This document shows, piece after piece, positions 13,173 through 26,739 of a DNA stretch of 64,000 nt. The notes under the pieces were generated by a model. It saw only the letters and a list, made by a program, of their open reading frames with translations. It ran no database searches and was not told where the DNA came from. Source of the stretch: Chiloscyllium plagiosum (Eukaryota); contig NC_057718.1 in assembly GCF_004010195.1 (NCBI RefSeq), forward strand, positions 51,964,373-52,028,372, written 5' to 3'. The translations under genes were made by a program, and so were the position numbers. Position 1 is the stretch's first letter; every line of letters begins with the position of its first letter.

Positions 13173-14809
13173 GTGCAAACCCTGGTTAGGACTGAAGGGC
13201 ATCACTAAGCGGACATCCCTATTTTCCCAAAAGTATGGAGATGAACGTGGAAAAACAAAGGGGTATCCTTTCACTTCAGGCTGCAAAATTGAATGGTAAT
13301 GGGCTACAGTTTACTCAGATATTCTCACTCCTGACAATGACACTACAGCTAGAAACTGCAAGTTTTCATTATTACTGTCGATAAAATAGACAGGGGCAGA
13401 TTGGAAGGCCATTTTACAGCTCTCTTGAGTGACCTTTCTGGTGAAAACAAACATTAGGTAATGTGCAAAGAAAACTGTCATTATCTACTGCCCTTTCTCT
13501 GTCCAACAGTAAAAGTGAACATTTACCTTAGGCTGTAATAAATCATCCCTAGACAGAGCAAGGAACTGTCACAACTGACACCCTCAACTTCTCGAAATTT
13601 GCTCTTTTGATTGTCAACAATTTCATTAAATAAGTCAAGCTCAAAACAAAACAATTCCATATGCAATTTTCTGGCAAATGCCTTATTTGCTTACCATAAA
13701 ATAATGTTTTCAGCTTTTTAATTCTGTTTTATAACCATGTAATCTTTTCAATATTTTGTTTGTGTTAACTTCAAGCTATAAAAATTTAAATATTAAATAT
13801 GCATGAGTGAACCGTGACATTATTTTCTCTTTTATTCCAACTCACAGATGAAGTAAAATGGGTTACCTCCAGTAATCATCAGGGTGATGTTCAACATTAA
13901 TTTTCAATTATAATATTTCGGTTTTAATGCATGCAAAAAATATCTTACAATGTGAATGCACTCTTCTCCTAAATGACATGTGAAGTATCCTGTTCAAGGA
14001 ACACTAAAGCCTATTCATTTGTGTGATCTATTTCACTGATCCTTGGAATAAAAAAATTCTGCTCCTCTTGACACCTGAAGGCTTGCTTCCTGCAAGCTCA
14101 GCATGCAACTTGTGTTAGCAATAGAATGCAGTGTGCTATGTAATTGCAAAGTCCACTCTCCCGCAGCGGTCAAACAGCATGGGCGGAAAGAACAGCGTGA
14201 AAGAGACAGAAATACGACATAAATAACATGACCATAATGAAAAAAAAACTGCCTTTGCATTGTTTTACTTTGAATAAATGGTTTGAATTTTAGCCCAGAA
14301 GTGAATTCTGTGCAGAAGGATGTGCCAAGAGTGTAAGAAACTGTGAGGAACAGGTTTCCTGAATGCCCTGTACAATTTAAATGCAGGGCTGCTTTATTTT
14401 GGGCTCTGTGGGGCTCCTGCTCCCAGCAGCCTGTTGACAGGCTAGAAGTCACTCAAGCCTCAACCTATATCACAAAGTCAAAGTTTACAACAGCAGCTAA
14501 GGACAGTATAAGAGTTTGTGGAGATTTAACTGGATCCTTTGAGGTGGCAAACCTCGATGGCAGTTGGGGGGATGGGTGTTGGTTTAGGCATTTGACTCCA
14601 GGTTTGCTGCAAGGCGTGGGACAGGAGTAGATAAATCTTAATCTCTGGCGCAGACCCGACCTACCACTTTTAACAGTTAAGATTCAGTCAAAGTTCTCTT
14701 TGCCCCAGAAGACCATTAAAAAAAATGCAATGAATGTACGTCACCAAATTATTTTAGTTATATTAATAACTGTGTGACCAGCACAACCAGAACAGTCTTT
14801 TTTATAGCT

Positions 14810-15300
14810 CTGAAAGATGTCATCATCACCACGGATAATCTTTTGAGTAAAGGATGCTTCTTTCTTGTGGTTGGCTGGGTGGAAGTGAGGCGTCAGTATT
14901 GGCTGTGGAGTGACAGATGGCTTATCAGCTCGATCTTAGTGCTGCAGGTTCCTCCATCCGTGAGCACGTTATTTGTAAGCCAGTGGAGATAGTGGTGGAT
15001 TCTTAGCTGAACAAATGTTGCCCTTTCGGCCTCTCTGCGTTTTCTTAGCAACTGATCTTGTTGATTGGAAGGTATCGGTACTATTTCTGATGAAGATTTG
15101 CTACTTAGGTTGCAACTGAGCATCTGCTTCATGCAGGTTTTGAGACTACCCTTGAAATATTTCTTTTCGCTCAGATATTACCAGACTCCCCAGCATAGCT
15201 CTAAGTAGATTACCTGGTTGGATAGTCTTGAATTAGACAATCTAATAACTTGTCCTGGCATGTCATTTGATGTGAGATTATCATACTTGGTATTGATGAA
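14810..15300 (-). mobile_element. Degenerate RTE-clade LINE 3' end
   Basis: Minus-strand peptide ends GGTCSTKIELISHLSLH* (compare RTE C-terminal CxSRIGLxSHxRxH), with KKYFKGSLK-like sequence upstream and GATGATGA in the tail. Confidence 0.6.
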
Positions 15301-16442
15301 AGTTGTGAACCCTTGAAAAGTAAAATATTCTGTTTCACTGGCTTACCCTAGTGCTTAGAGGCAGTGGGAATTCAAGAGTTAAAAGTTCCCCTATTGGACT
15401 GATTCTCTATGTATTCGACTGTATACCAGTGGGAGGCAGAGACCAGAGATCACAGCAGGGGTCTGGCTGCCCCTGAACCACCAAAGATGTCTGGAGTCAT
15501 ACGTGTGTATATTTTGTTCCCAGCCCCGAATGAAGACTCTCGCTTTTTGAACAGGACTGTCAGCCCTGATCCGACATCCCATTAACTACCTCCTGTTTCC
15601 AAGCATATACTTCCTTGCCAGTTAATAAGTGTATGTGAAGACTAACCACAATACTGATACTGAAACTTATTATCTACCCCTTAATCAATTAGCATGAGAT
15701 TGAGAACAGTACAGTCACAAGTCATATTATCACAGGAAGACAGCGATCTCCAGCTATTGTCACAGTGAAAAACATATATTGTTAATGAGGTTTGTATTCT
15801 GTCCTGTGATGTCAGAATCCTTTGTATCAATTACAGGTATACTCGAACAAATATAAAAATTGCTGTTTACTTGTAATGTTCAGAGATTCCACACAGACAG
15901 TCACCCATATTGCTGTTTCTGGAGAAAGCTCTTTTACTTTGTTCTCCCACATTATTTAAAAGTTCTAAGATAGCTCTGATATTGTTCTGAGAACTGATAT
16001 GGCAACTATAAGTTATCCAAACTTCAACACAGTGGAAAAGTTTGAAGAAAATCATTGCCAATAGATTTTGAGTTTAGTCCATCTTCTCTTTTTTCACCTG
16101 AAGTTGTTGCTGCAGCTGTGAGATGGCCAATTTGTGAAGGAAGGAACAGACTACCACAAATTAGAGCACTGCCTCCAGTAAATGCTAGAGGGCTTCTTCT
16201 GAGCATACCAGGCAGCAGAATCACTACTTTAGCACCCCATTGTGCTCAACAGTGTTTACTGTGGCTCTCATTGTATGAATATGAAGCTGTAGGCACTGAA
16301 AGAGCATTTTGTGCAAAGTGGAAAAATACTTGTAGTTGTAAATTGTTATAATTACATGACAATAATCAAGCCTGATTTAAAATTTTAATGAAGTTTAAGG
16401 ACATCTGTAAATTTGTAATATTTTATATTTGTCTTGTCAGAT

Positions 16443-16738
16443 ACAGAATCATAGAATCCCTACAGTGTGTAAGCAGGCCATTTGGCCCATCAAGTCCACA
16501 CTGCCCCTCTAAACAGCATCCCATCCAGACCCCCCTACACTATCTCTGCAATGTTGCCTTTGCCATGTACAATCCACCTAGCCTGCATATCCCTGAACAC
16601 TATGGACAATTTAGTATAGCTAATCCACCTGACCTGTACATCTTTGGACTGTAGGAGGAAACTGGAGAACACGGAAAAAACCCACACAGACATGGGGAGA
16701 ACGTGCAAACTCTACACAGACAGTCATCCGAGACTGGA
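16443..16738 (-). mobile_element. HE1-type V-SINE, 5' truncated
   Basis: Reverse complement of the V-domain and tail (AGAATCATAGAATCCCTACAGTGTG...ACAGACAGTCATCCGAGACTGG). Confidence 0.9.
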
Positions 16739-18299
16739 AGCATGAAAAATATTATGAAAGAAAATGTCAAGTAAAATGGAGTGCACATTTGCTGATTTGT
16801 TCATGTAAATGTGGAAAGTCCCCATGGAATAGGCACATAAATCAGAAAAAAAAAGGTTTTGGATTGGCATTGAAATTGGCTCTTCTGTTTGTTAATATTA
16901 TCCAGCAAAACATGTTTCATTTCATATTTTTGCATTTGGTTTGTTACAATGGTAACAAGTAGTAATCGGTTCACGGAAATGCATTTGAACAAATAAGAAT
17001 TCATAAATACAAGTCACTTATAATCAGCAATTACTAAATTATTTACTTGTAAGAGCTTTGCATTTATAATTTATATCGCAATAATCAACACAATGCAATC
17101 AACAAGTCTTTGTACTTCAATAAGACATAACACATCAGATCATGCATATTATATTACCAGTTAAAAACAAAACTATTGAAAAGAGGTTTGTTTCACTCCT
17201 TTATGGATTTTTCCAAGAACATGCATAACTCTAAGTATGTCTTGCTCTCATTTGATAATGTACAATGTTCTATTTTGTCCTATGTTTATATGTTCTACTA
17301 AATTATTAACAATCCATCTGCTTTCCATTTATTCTTATTTAACTTATTGCAGTGCAGCTATTACATGGCATATCTGAAATAAAGAAAAAAAAAGAAATTG
17401 AATAATTTATGCTGAAGTGAAAGTTACAGAGCAAAACAATACAACACATTGAAAAAAGCTTACAAAAATAACCAAAAAACAAAGGCGACCAAGAAAGTTT
17501 GTAATGGTACAATAGCGAGCATTCAGTTGCAACAGTGAGGGAATCATGCACATATACCCCTCCACTATTCCAGGTTCCACCCCTGGCCCCACTAGTTATA
17601 GAATGAATGGGAGCACTACATCACTTTGATGGAGAATCACTAATAGCCATTTAAATGTCCTCAAGCACTTTACAGGCCAGTACAGACACTCCATGCAAGT
17701 AAACACCAAGTGAGACAGAAATCCATTTGAGAACAATCAATCATCGGGTGCTACCTCTACATTGCTGGTTGAATCACTAGAAACACTGGCTGCTAAAGTT
17801 AATGCTAAAAAGACCTGCCTGCAGATCATAGCTCCATCCTTGAACATGGGTGAATGGAGCCAGGTGAGGGAAGCAGGGAAACAATTGCCAGAGAACTAGA
17901 ATACAGTAGTGGGAGGCAAGAGCAGAGGAATGCCTTCCAGTGCCCATACACTTCCTAATGCCTGAGACCCTCAATCAAGTCCCCCAATCAGACATCAACT
18001 ATTTGTTTTACAGGACCCAACAGGTACTGCTGGGGTGCCTCCTGGAGGCACTGCAAAGCAATGTAAGTTCTGTTTATTCCAGGAAATACCATTGGGGTCA
18101 GGGAAAACTGGTGTCAAGTGGCTCAGTAATTATCTTAAATGTCATCCCACTATTGGAAGTATTTCTGGAATGGAACTTTCCCAACTCAATCCAATTTGGG
18201 ACAGCTTTCCTGACCATTTGATGTAGGTATTCCTACCCAAAGGTTCCACTATAATGTCCTCTCTGCCAGGTTCAATGAACTTTCACCCAATGGATGATC

Positions 18300-18940
18300 T
18301 TTAAAGAAGAGATGCCGAGATGCAGGGTTGGTATATTCAAGTAAGGAGAAAAGTTAGAGGAACCAAAGCCAGGGTACTTTGGAGCACAAGTGTGAAAGAG
18401 AATTTACTGAAAGAAAATTAAAGTGGGTGAATGATACATGTCAGGTGAACCTTATCAAACACAATAAGGTGAGAGAAGAAATGGATACAAAAATAAGAGT
18501 GGCAAAAGAGAATGTGAAAATAGAATGGTAACTAAAGCAAAGCGTAGCCTTAGTATCATCTACTGGCTCATAAATAATAAGAGGGTTGTAAAAGGTGGGT
18601 AGGTCCTATCAGAAATAAAAAAATGAATATATTAGAAGTGTAGGCTAAGTCTAGAATATCGATAGCTACTTTGGATCAGTGTTTAATGGGAAAAAGGACA
18701 CTGAGAAAATATTAGTCAAAAAGATGGTGGTCAAAGGAATGGATGGATTGAAATCTGAAAGGCAAAATACATTGGAAATTCCAGACTTCAAAAGGGTAAT
18801 GATAACAGAAGAATCAACCATATCCATCAATGATATGCATAATGTGCCTAAGGATTGTACAATGCCTAGAGTCATGTCCTTACTTGAAAAAGAAAGCAAG
18901 GACTTTCCTATAACTACAAGCCAGTCAGTTTAACATCAGT
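18300..18940 (+). mobile_element. Degenerate CR1 ORF2 tether/RT-upstream fragment
   Basis: YFGSVFNGKKD (compare YFASVFTxED); ANVxPLFKKG-like and ITTSQSV* (NYRPVSLTS-like) remnants; continues at ~19245-19440. Confidence 0.55.
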
Positions 18941-18942
18941 GA

Positions 18943-19135
18943 GAAAAAGTGAGGACTGCAGATGCTGGAGAGTTAGAAAGTGTGGAACTGGAAAAGTACA
19001 GTATGTCAGGCAGCATCTGAGCAGCAGGACAGTCGATGTTTTGGGCTTAAGCCCTTCATCAGGAATGTGGGGGTGGAGGGGCCTGCAAGATAAATAGGAG
19101 GGTGGGGGTGGGGCTGGGGCTGGAGTTGGGGAGAA
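18943..19135 (-). mobile_element. Penelope-like element fragment, family A, with degenerate hammerhead
   Basis: Minus strand reads TCCTGATGAAGGGCTTAAGCCCAAAACATCGAC (GAAA changed to AAAA); G-rich flank. Confidence 0.8.
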
Positions 19136-19465
19136 GGTATCCTTGAGAAGGTAATGGAGGGTTGCCTTCTTGAATTACTGCAGTCCTGCTCTAGGCAGAT
19201 TCACAATGCTGCTTGAGAGAGAATTCTGAGACTTTTACTTAATTAAGGGGAGACAGGATGACTTTGTAAAATATGGAGAATATTGAAAAAAATAAATTGA
19301 CTTTTCTTTCAATTAAGTGGCAGATAACATTGACACCAGGAATGTGTGCCATTCCGAGTACACACAAAAGGCTGGCTCGTAAAATTAAGGTTAATGAGAA
19401 AGGAGACCAATGCCAGCCAGGATAAACAACTGAATAAACCTTTCTTCTGTGGCTCAGTTCAATTC

Positions 19466-19567
19466 AGTTCTGAAAAATGATCACTGGATTTGAAACATTA
19501 ACTCTGTATTCTCTCATCAAATACTACCAGACTTGCTGAGTTTCTCCAACCATTTCTGTCTGTTTCA
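19466..19567 (+). mobile_element. Degenerate Penelope-like fragment, family C
   Basis: GTTCTGAAAAATGATCACTGGATTTGAAACATTAAC...CCAGACTTGCTGAGTTTCTCC resembles 27760-27850. Confidence 0.55.
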
Positions 19568-20369
19568 TCTCTCTTGTACTATTTGGGATGTAATGCACTG
19601 AGCCTTTGAGGTCTGCTGATGAGGGCTGCGGGGGGAGGGAGAAGATTATTAACTGATATTGTAATAGATCCTACAGAAAATATAGAACTATTGATTCCAT
19701 TCAAAGAAATTCAAAATATTTTTTCAATTGGAAACATTGCTTTCAATACAGCCAAAGGATTGTTGATAAATGCACCTCTATTGATGGTTATTAAGATACA
19801 GTCAGATTGATTTCAGTGATTTGTTGCATAACTAAGACCACAAAATATCATCAAAAAACCCTTCGGGGGAAAAGAAATCTGCAGAAGGAGATGATCCATT
19901 GGAGCAGTTGCAGCTAGAACACTTAGAAGGCACTTTCAGTGGAAAAGATCACAATATGACAATTTCAACCAAAATTACTGAATGAGTAAAATCTAGGATT
20001 AGGGAAATTCTGGTCTGATGCTCCAGGTAATTTTATTCCCCAGCAATGTCATGAAGATTTATATTGACAGGATGTAAAATAAGAATCTGATCTCATCTAC
20101 TCCTTGTTAGTAAGCCAACTTTGTTTGAGATATTATGGGTAGTTATTGTTCCTGGGCAGCAATGTACTAATTATGTCAAATTATTCCTAATTGCTCATTA
20201 CTATGAGCAGAATTCTTCCCTCTCTGGAATGGTACAGGTAATGATGAGAAAGTTGGAAAGATACAGTGAGGATGAAGAGAATGAGAATCTGAAAGTAGAG
20301 AAATAAATTCCTGATTTTCCCCTTAAACTTTAAGTGGTGACTTCAAAATCTACTGAATTCACCACTGTT

Positions 20370-20970
20370 GAGAAGGCATTTTGGACACTTACTTTTATTA
20401 GTTATGGCATAAATTGTAAGAGCAGGGAGGTTATATTGGAGCTATACAGACCTTTGGTTAGTTCACACCTGGAGTATTGTGTGCAGTTCTAGTCACTGCA
20501 CCATCAGGAGGATGTGATTGCACTGGAGGGGATGTAGAGGAAATTCAACAGGACATTACCCGAGTTGGCACATTTTAATGAGAAAAGATGCTGGATAAGC
20601 TCATGTTGGTTTCTTCAAAGCAGAGAAGGCTGAATGGGGACCTGATTGAGGTGTATAACTTCATGAAGGGCATGGGATGGGAAACAGCTGATAAAATTTT
20701 AAGATATGGGACAGGAAGTTTATCAGAGGGAATTGGAGGAAAAAAACCTGTTCACCCAGAGGGAGAGTGGGAGCTGGAATGCACTGCCTGGGAGGACAAC
20801 AGAGGTGACAAATCTCACAACTTTTAAAAAGCATGTAGATGAGCATTTGAAATTTCATAACATTCAAAGTTATGGGCCAAGTGCTGGGCAATGGAACCAG
20901 TACAGATAGAGAGTAGGGTTCCTGAATGCAGACTGGATTGGCTGAAGGGCAGCTTCACTGCTATACAATG
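20370..20970 (+). mobile_element. CR1 LINE 3' fragment
   Basis: LYRPLVSSHLEYCVQF and RRLNGDLIEVYNFMKG motifs; tail TGGGCTGAAGGGC-like. Confidence 0.85.
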
Positions 20971-21242
20971 CCATAAATGGTGGCTATTTTACCTCCTTGT
21001 AGTTGCCTCTCACTATTAGCCCAACTTTCCTAATTTCTGAAATCAGAGCCGATCAACTCCTAGCGATCATCCAAGTCTGGTTCCTTAACAACATCCTTGC
21101 ATTCTCCTGAGCCACCATCCCATCTGCCCTTCATCTGTGCAAGTCAATGTGGGCAAACTACCAGCCTCAGCATATTATCGTGCCAGCCCCGATCCAATTT
21201 TCACATCACTTCAGCATTTTATTTTGGAACTCAGTGACAAAT

Positions 21243-21712
21243 AAGAACAGAAAAACTAGGAGCAGGAGTACACCATTCTGCCTGTCAAACCTGCTCCACC
21301 ATTCAATAAGGTCATGGCTGATCTTATCGTGGACTCAGCTCCACTTATCCACCTGCTCACTATAATCCATAATTCCTTTATTGTTTAAAAATCTGATCTT
21401 TGCCTTAAAAACATTCAATGAGATAACCTCAACTACTTCACTGGGCAGGAAATTCCACAGATTCACAACCCTTTGGGTGAAGATGTTTATCCCTACCTCA
21501 GCTCTAAATCTGCTCCCCCTAATTTTGAGGCTCTGCCCTCTTGTTAGAGTTTCACCTGTCAGGGGAAACAACCTCCCTGCTTCCATCTTGTCTATTCCTT
21601 TCATAATTTGATATGTTTCTATATGATTCCCCCACTCCCCATTCTTCTAAGTTTCAATGAGTATAGTCCCATTGTATTCAATCTCTCTTCATAAGCCAAC
21701 TCTCTCAATTCC
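21243..21712 (-). mobile_element. CR1 LINE 3' fragment
   Basis: ORF 21335-21604 MKGIDKMEAGRLFPL..TRGQSLKI..FTQRVVNLWNFLP is a CR1 ORF2 C-terminus; tail AAGAACAGAAAAACTAGGAGCAGGAG. Confidence 0.9.
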
Positions 21713-23806
21713 TAAGACATGCATGCTTTTGCTAGGTTAGTAATATAGACAAGGATACATACATATTTTGTGCATCTAAATTGGCTTCATCTTATGTCTC
21801 GTAGCTGGATTTGATCAAGCTCACTCACTTTCCAGCTTAGTTGGAAGCTGCCAGTCTCTGTGGGCGGCACTGCCTCTGAGCACAGAAGGAGAGGCAAGCA
21901 GCTTGTCAAACGGGAAGCAAAGAAGAGTCACCGTGTCACTGTTTGGGCACCAGAATACATCAATGTCAAACTTTCAGCATGAGCCAGCAGCTTCTGCTGC
22001 AAACACACTGAATGTGCCAAATGGCAAGATCTGAAAGTCAAAAGGGAACAGCCCTTCATAGGGTTAAGGTAGACTTTGGTTGATTGGGGGCACTACAACA
22101 TTTAGTCAAGAGGCTCTTCCGATTCCAGCCCAGTGTTACCATATTCAGTTCGGCTCTTGAGCCTACCAGCGTCTGGAGATCTGTATCCTTTAAGTCCAGC
22201 GATCGGACCACTGTCAGTCCTCCACATAAAGTGTAATCACTCCAGGCATTACAGGTACATCAGCTAGAGTAGTCTGGGACAGCGGTCTTTTTTTTCTCTT
22301 TGATATGACAAAGGAGGTTTGTTGCGATTCAGATGCAGGAGAGATGTTCAAAATTCTCCAGTGAGTAAATCAGAAGTCAGGAAGACTGGAGGGTTAGTAA
22401 TTTGGGAGAATGCAATGGCTGAGAGGTATTCAGTGAACATATTGCACATAATAGTGACAGCTGTAGCCATGGCGAGATGTGTGTGCAGTTGCAGAGTTAG
22501 AGTGGTGGCCCGTAAGTGTGAGGTACCAAAGCGAAGATGGTGACACTTACCATTACAGAATGCACAATATCAATGATCCTTTTCATGCACTGTTCTGCAT
22601 TTATTTTTCCTCACGACATAGGAACTACCTGGGCTAGCTTGGTGCAGGCTGGCTAGATCTCCTGCAGTAGTCAGCAGGACAAAGCACTGTTGTCCTCTCC
22701 ATCACCTTTCCACCAGCATTTCCAGCTCTCTATCTACAAAACAGGGAGTTTACTTGCCTTTTGGGTTATTTCCTCAGAGAAAATAGCAGGGCACTGCAGT
22801 GTTTGGGGTCATTCCTAGCTTGTGCAGTTTCACCTTAAAATGGCATTGGTGATGCGAGTACTTTCCTTGGTTGAGAACAGAGGAAGTAGATTCTTGGTAC
22901 CTTTTGTCTTTGCTTTATGCCTTGCTTCAGAACTGGATTTTCACAGAGTTGTGGAGATTTCAGAAAACTTTAAAAGTGAGGTTGGAACCTGAATCTGGGA
23001 GTCCATTCCTATTTTCATTAGATATTCTTTCACAGAGGGAGTTTTTAGGACATAACTTGGATATAAGGGAAACCTGAACCCATTAGGGCTGCTTGTGCTA
23101 TGTTCAAGTAAAGCCAATTTTAACAGTAACATAGTCCATTTACAATATGCTTACAAACGTTTAGAGATCATAAATGGTTTTGAAGGACACATAGGTTTTT
23201 GGTATTATCAATTGACTGAGTTTTTCTAAAGATTTGCCCTTTAAAAATTGGGGGAAAAGAACTTTCCTGCCTGTGTCTGAGTTTGTTAAACAAAATCTCT
23301 TCCAGCACTTTCATTAGCTACTTAAAAATGTATTTCATCTCAACATGGCTCTAGAAGTTTGCCTATGGTGGATAAGTGATAAGTTTGTAATGTGTAAGAG
23401 CAAATGGTATTTGGTGAGAGGGCATGACTTTGCATGAGTTGATGCCAAGTTTGAATAGGTTATATCAGGGGTCATGAGATGACATGGGGGCATGAGGGGT
23501 CCTTGAGAGTAATGGGAAGAGGAGTTGGCATGAAATGTCTGAGGGGACTGGGAGTGAGTGGAGGAAAGTGAGTTGACATGTATAGACAAGGTGTGGGGTC
23601 AATGAGAACTACAAAGGTAAATATAGAAGAAAATAATTGATACAAGATCCCAAAAGCTGAGGCAGGCCTTGGAATAGTTCCAGGTTGATATTTGTCATTT
23701 GACGATCCTTGCAGCTACTTCTGATCCCAGCTCAGCAGAAAGTCACATCATTCAGGGTACCCCCTTCCTGACAAAAATGGGTCAACTGGGAAAGTTCCCA
23801 CTGAAG

Positions 23807-23894
23807 GAAGAAGGGCTTATGCCCGAAACGTCGATTCTCCTGTTCCCTGGATGCTGCCTGATCTGCTGCGCTTTTCCAGCAACACATTTCCAGC
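23807..23894 (+). mobile_element. Short Penelope-like element, family A
   Basis: GAAGAAGGGCTTATGCCCGAAACGTCGATTCTCC...; TSD AAAGTTCCCACTGAAG (23791-23806) and AAAGTTCCCACTTAAG (23895-23910). Confidence 0.85.
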
Positions 23895-25008
23895 AAAGTT
23901 CCCACTTAAGCTACCCACCATGGGAATAAAAAGATGGCCCTCTGTTGCCAAACCTAACATACCTTACAACTAAAACCTTCACATTTTCACATTGTGACCA
24001 CAGTTGTGATAAATGGTTTTGCTTCAAAAGTCAACTTGTCCCTCAAAACATTGAGACTAATTCACTGAAAAAAGAAAATATCCTTCTCTTTGTCAGTTTA
24101 ATGAAGTTTATCAAACACAAACGAAACAAAATATAATATGGATCAGTGTGCACCTCAGTAATACCACCAAAAAAAAGTTTTGAAATTTTGAAATTTTCAG
24201 ATAAAAATTATGTATGCAATAATTGTTCGATTCAGAAAAGAATTTCTACCAGTAATTCTAATCAGATAGTTCAAATGTATTATGGGAAATAAACTACTTT
24301 GCACATATACCTCTGTTTAATTTGAATTCAAACTCACTGTCATAGCTTTAAGCAACGATAATAAATTCTAAGCAAGTTTATTCGGGAAAGCACAGGCACA
24401 AAAAAACTTAATTAGGCATTCAAATATACAAAAGGCAAAACATTGAGTGATTTTTATTATTACTATTATGAGATAAATAACTTGCCCATTTTAATCATGT
24501 TTTGCTTAGCTTTCATTTTGGACCACATAATTTTCAGTGACTGAGAAAAAAACATTTTTATGAAATATTGTAAGTGAATGTTGGAACCTAATTGAGTGGA
24601 ATGACAAGTTTATACAAAAACCTCTCATACCCATTATAAATTGCTTTGAAAAGGTAAGAGGCTAACACAAATATGACAACAAAAAGTCAAGTTGTGCAAA
24701 CATTAATGGGAAGAAATTTATTTATGTGGCACTTCTCCCAATAGCACAACGCAAACTATATTGATTCCCTAAGGGCAGGCTGTAACCGTGGGTTGCTACT
24801 CTAATGATATCAATGAAGAAGGCTCACAAACTTCTAAGTCTGCCATTAGAATTTGTGCTATCCAAACAATCTTCTTCCCCTAGCATTTTTATAACATACT
24901 AATAGATTAGGAACTGCTATTTTCCAAAGCAATTGCTCTGATTTAAAAGGCAATGTCAGGGGCACTGCTGTGATCGACAAGTTGGGGAAGTCAACTGTGG
25001 GGATTGGA

Positions 25009-25134
25009 AAAAAGTGAGGACTGCAGATGCTGGAGATCAGAGACAAAGAGTGTGGAGCTGGAAAAGCACTGCTGGTCAGGCGGAATCTGAGGAGCAGGTG
25101 AATCGACGTTTCGGGCATAAGCCCTTCACAGGAA
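25009..25134 (-). mobile_element. Short Penelope-like element, family A
   Basis: Minus strand TTCCTGTGAAGGGCTTATGCCCGAAACGTCGATTC (one A missing from CUGAUGA); exact TSD TGGGGATTGGA at 24998-25008 and 25135-25145. Confidence 0.85.
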
Positions 25135-26417
25135 TGGGGATTGGAGGCAGTATGCTGGAATAGGATGGGGACAATAGCTGTGAAAGTGGGCTAGCCAGCA
25201 AGTAAGGTTGGCAGATGATGGTGCATTGGATGACATAGTTCATATGGAGGGTGGGTGGGTGCTGGTGGATCATCGTCATTTACCACCATGCTGATTTTGA
25301 TAGGTGTCTGCATCACAATAACTAGCATAACTGAGCTATAGGCTTGTCGTTCAGGACAGCAATGTGGGAAATGATTATTTAAATTAAAAACAGGTTGGGT
25401 GGGATCTTGGGGAAGCTCAGAACTAATGGGGTTGAGAAGGAGCACAAGAGAAAAAGGAACATGACATTTTCACAGGGTTACTCAGATTAACAGACTGAGC
25501 CCGTGACTCACATTGTGAAGCGTGATAATGTTGCCTTCACTGTTCACCTATATGCATGATGGAAATTAAAAATGGCTGTCATCACAACCAATATCGGCAG
25601 AATAAACATTTTTATCTACCTGTGGAAGTAAGGTGAGTGAAGTGAGGCCCTTCAAGGGCCAGTTTCATTAATCCCAGCTCTTCCACAGTTTAGGATATCT
25701 GTAATCAGAGCATTCTGCACGTGGCATTCTTACAGGTGGAATGCAAATGCCAGCACAAGCAATCTTAATCATAGCACTGGTCAGTACAAATTGTTCGCTG
25801 TCATGTCCGTGAACCAGAAGAAACCATAGCAAAACATAATTCACAGTGACAATCCAAGGTCTTAAAGGCTGTGCAAGACCCTGATTTCCTATCACCTTGA
25901 ACTGTGAGTATTTGACAACATGCTCTTATGTGCAATGATGCCTTTCTTGGGTTACATAGAGTGCGCAAATGAAAGGGGGACAAATTTCAGTAATTCTACC
26001 TTAATTGTAAATTCCTACTATATTCACATGTCATGGCTTATGCGGCCATACATCGTCAAACGATCCACAAAATCAGAGGTCCACACACATTCCATAGTTC
26101 TCCATGTCTCACTGTATCAAGAGTAGTGCTACCATATTTGTGTATGATATGATTACTCATATTACTAAAAATCTGTTCTGTTTCAGATAATCCCCATATA
26201 GATTCATTGAAGCTTTTACAGCAGGCCATTGTCACTGTGGCCACAGTGCAATGAAGATGCAGAGAAATTGAAAAGCAGCAAATGGACCAGGAAGCCCAAG
26301 ATCAACATTGACCTCCAGGACTTGTTTCGCAAGAAGAAATCACAGCTGAAGATTTTGTCAGGGTGCCAAGGAGATGCAAGAATCTCAGGGTCCCATCATC
26401 TATCATCCACAAAGGGA

Positions 26418-26735
26418 AAAACCACTCGACACTGGGTTATTTTTTTTGAGATTTATTTGAGACACAAACTTTTGGACCTCTGATGTGAATGTATTGAACA
26501 CACCTATAACTGATTAAATAGTTAACAGCCATCCAGGTATATTCAATATATGTGCACCAGTTGTATGATCCTTTACTTATAACATCTGTGTCCAATATAT
26601 CCTTCCTCATCAGCACCTGAAGAAGGAGCAGAGCTCCAAAAGCTTGTGACTCAAATAAACCTGTTGGACTATAACTCAGTGTTGTCTGATTTTTGACTAT
26701 GTCCACTTCAGTCCAACACTGGCAACTCTACATCA
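26418..26735 (+). mobile_element. Penelope-like element, family B, with partial inverted 5' arm
   Basis: CACCTGAAGAAGGAGCAGAGCTCCAAAAGCTTGTG...CCTGTTGGACTATAAC...AGTCCAACACTGGC; 26418-26478 is a decayed reverse complement of the same end. Confidence 0.7.
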
Positions 26736-26739
26736 TATC

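Noticed and set aside
14179..14226. MGGKNS start resembling an N-myristoylation motif
   Set aside because: Stops after 15 codons with no convincing splice donor
16055..16351. 98-aa ORF in unique sequence
   Set aside because: Non-ATG start, no recognisable homology and no supporting splice structure
22931..22975. Possible 45-nt AG...GTGAGG micro-exon
   Set aside because: Peptide unrecognised; such signal pairs are common by chance
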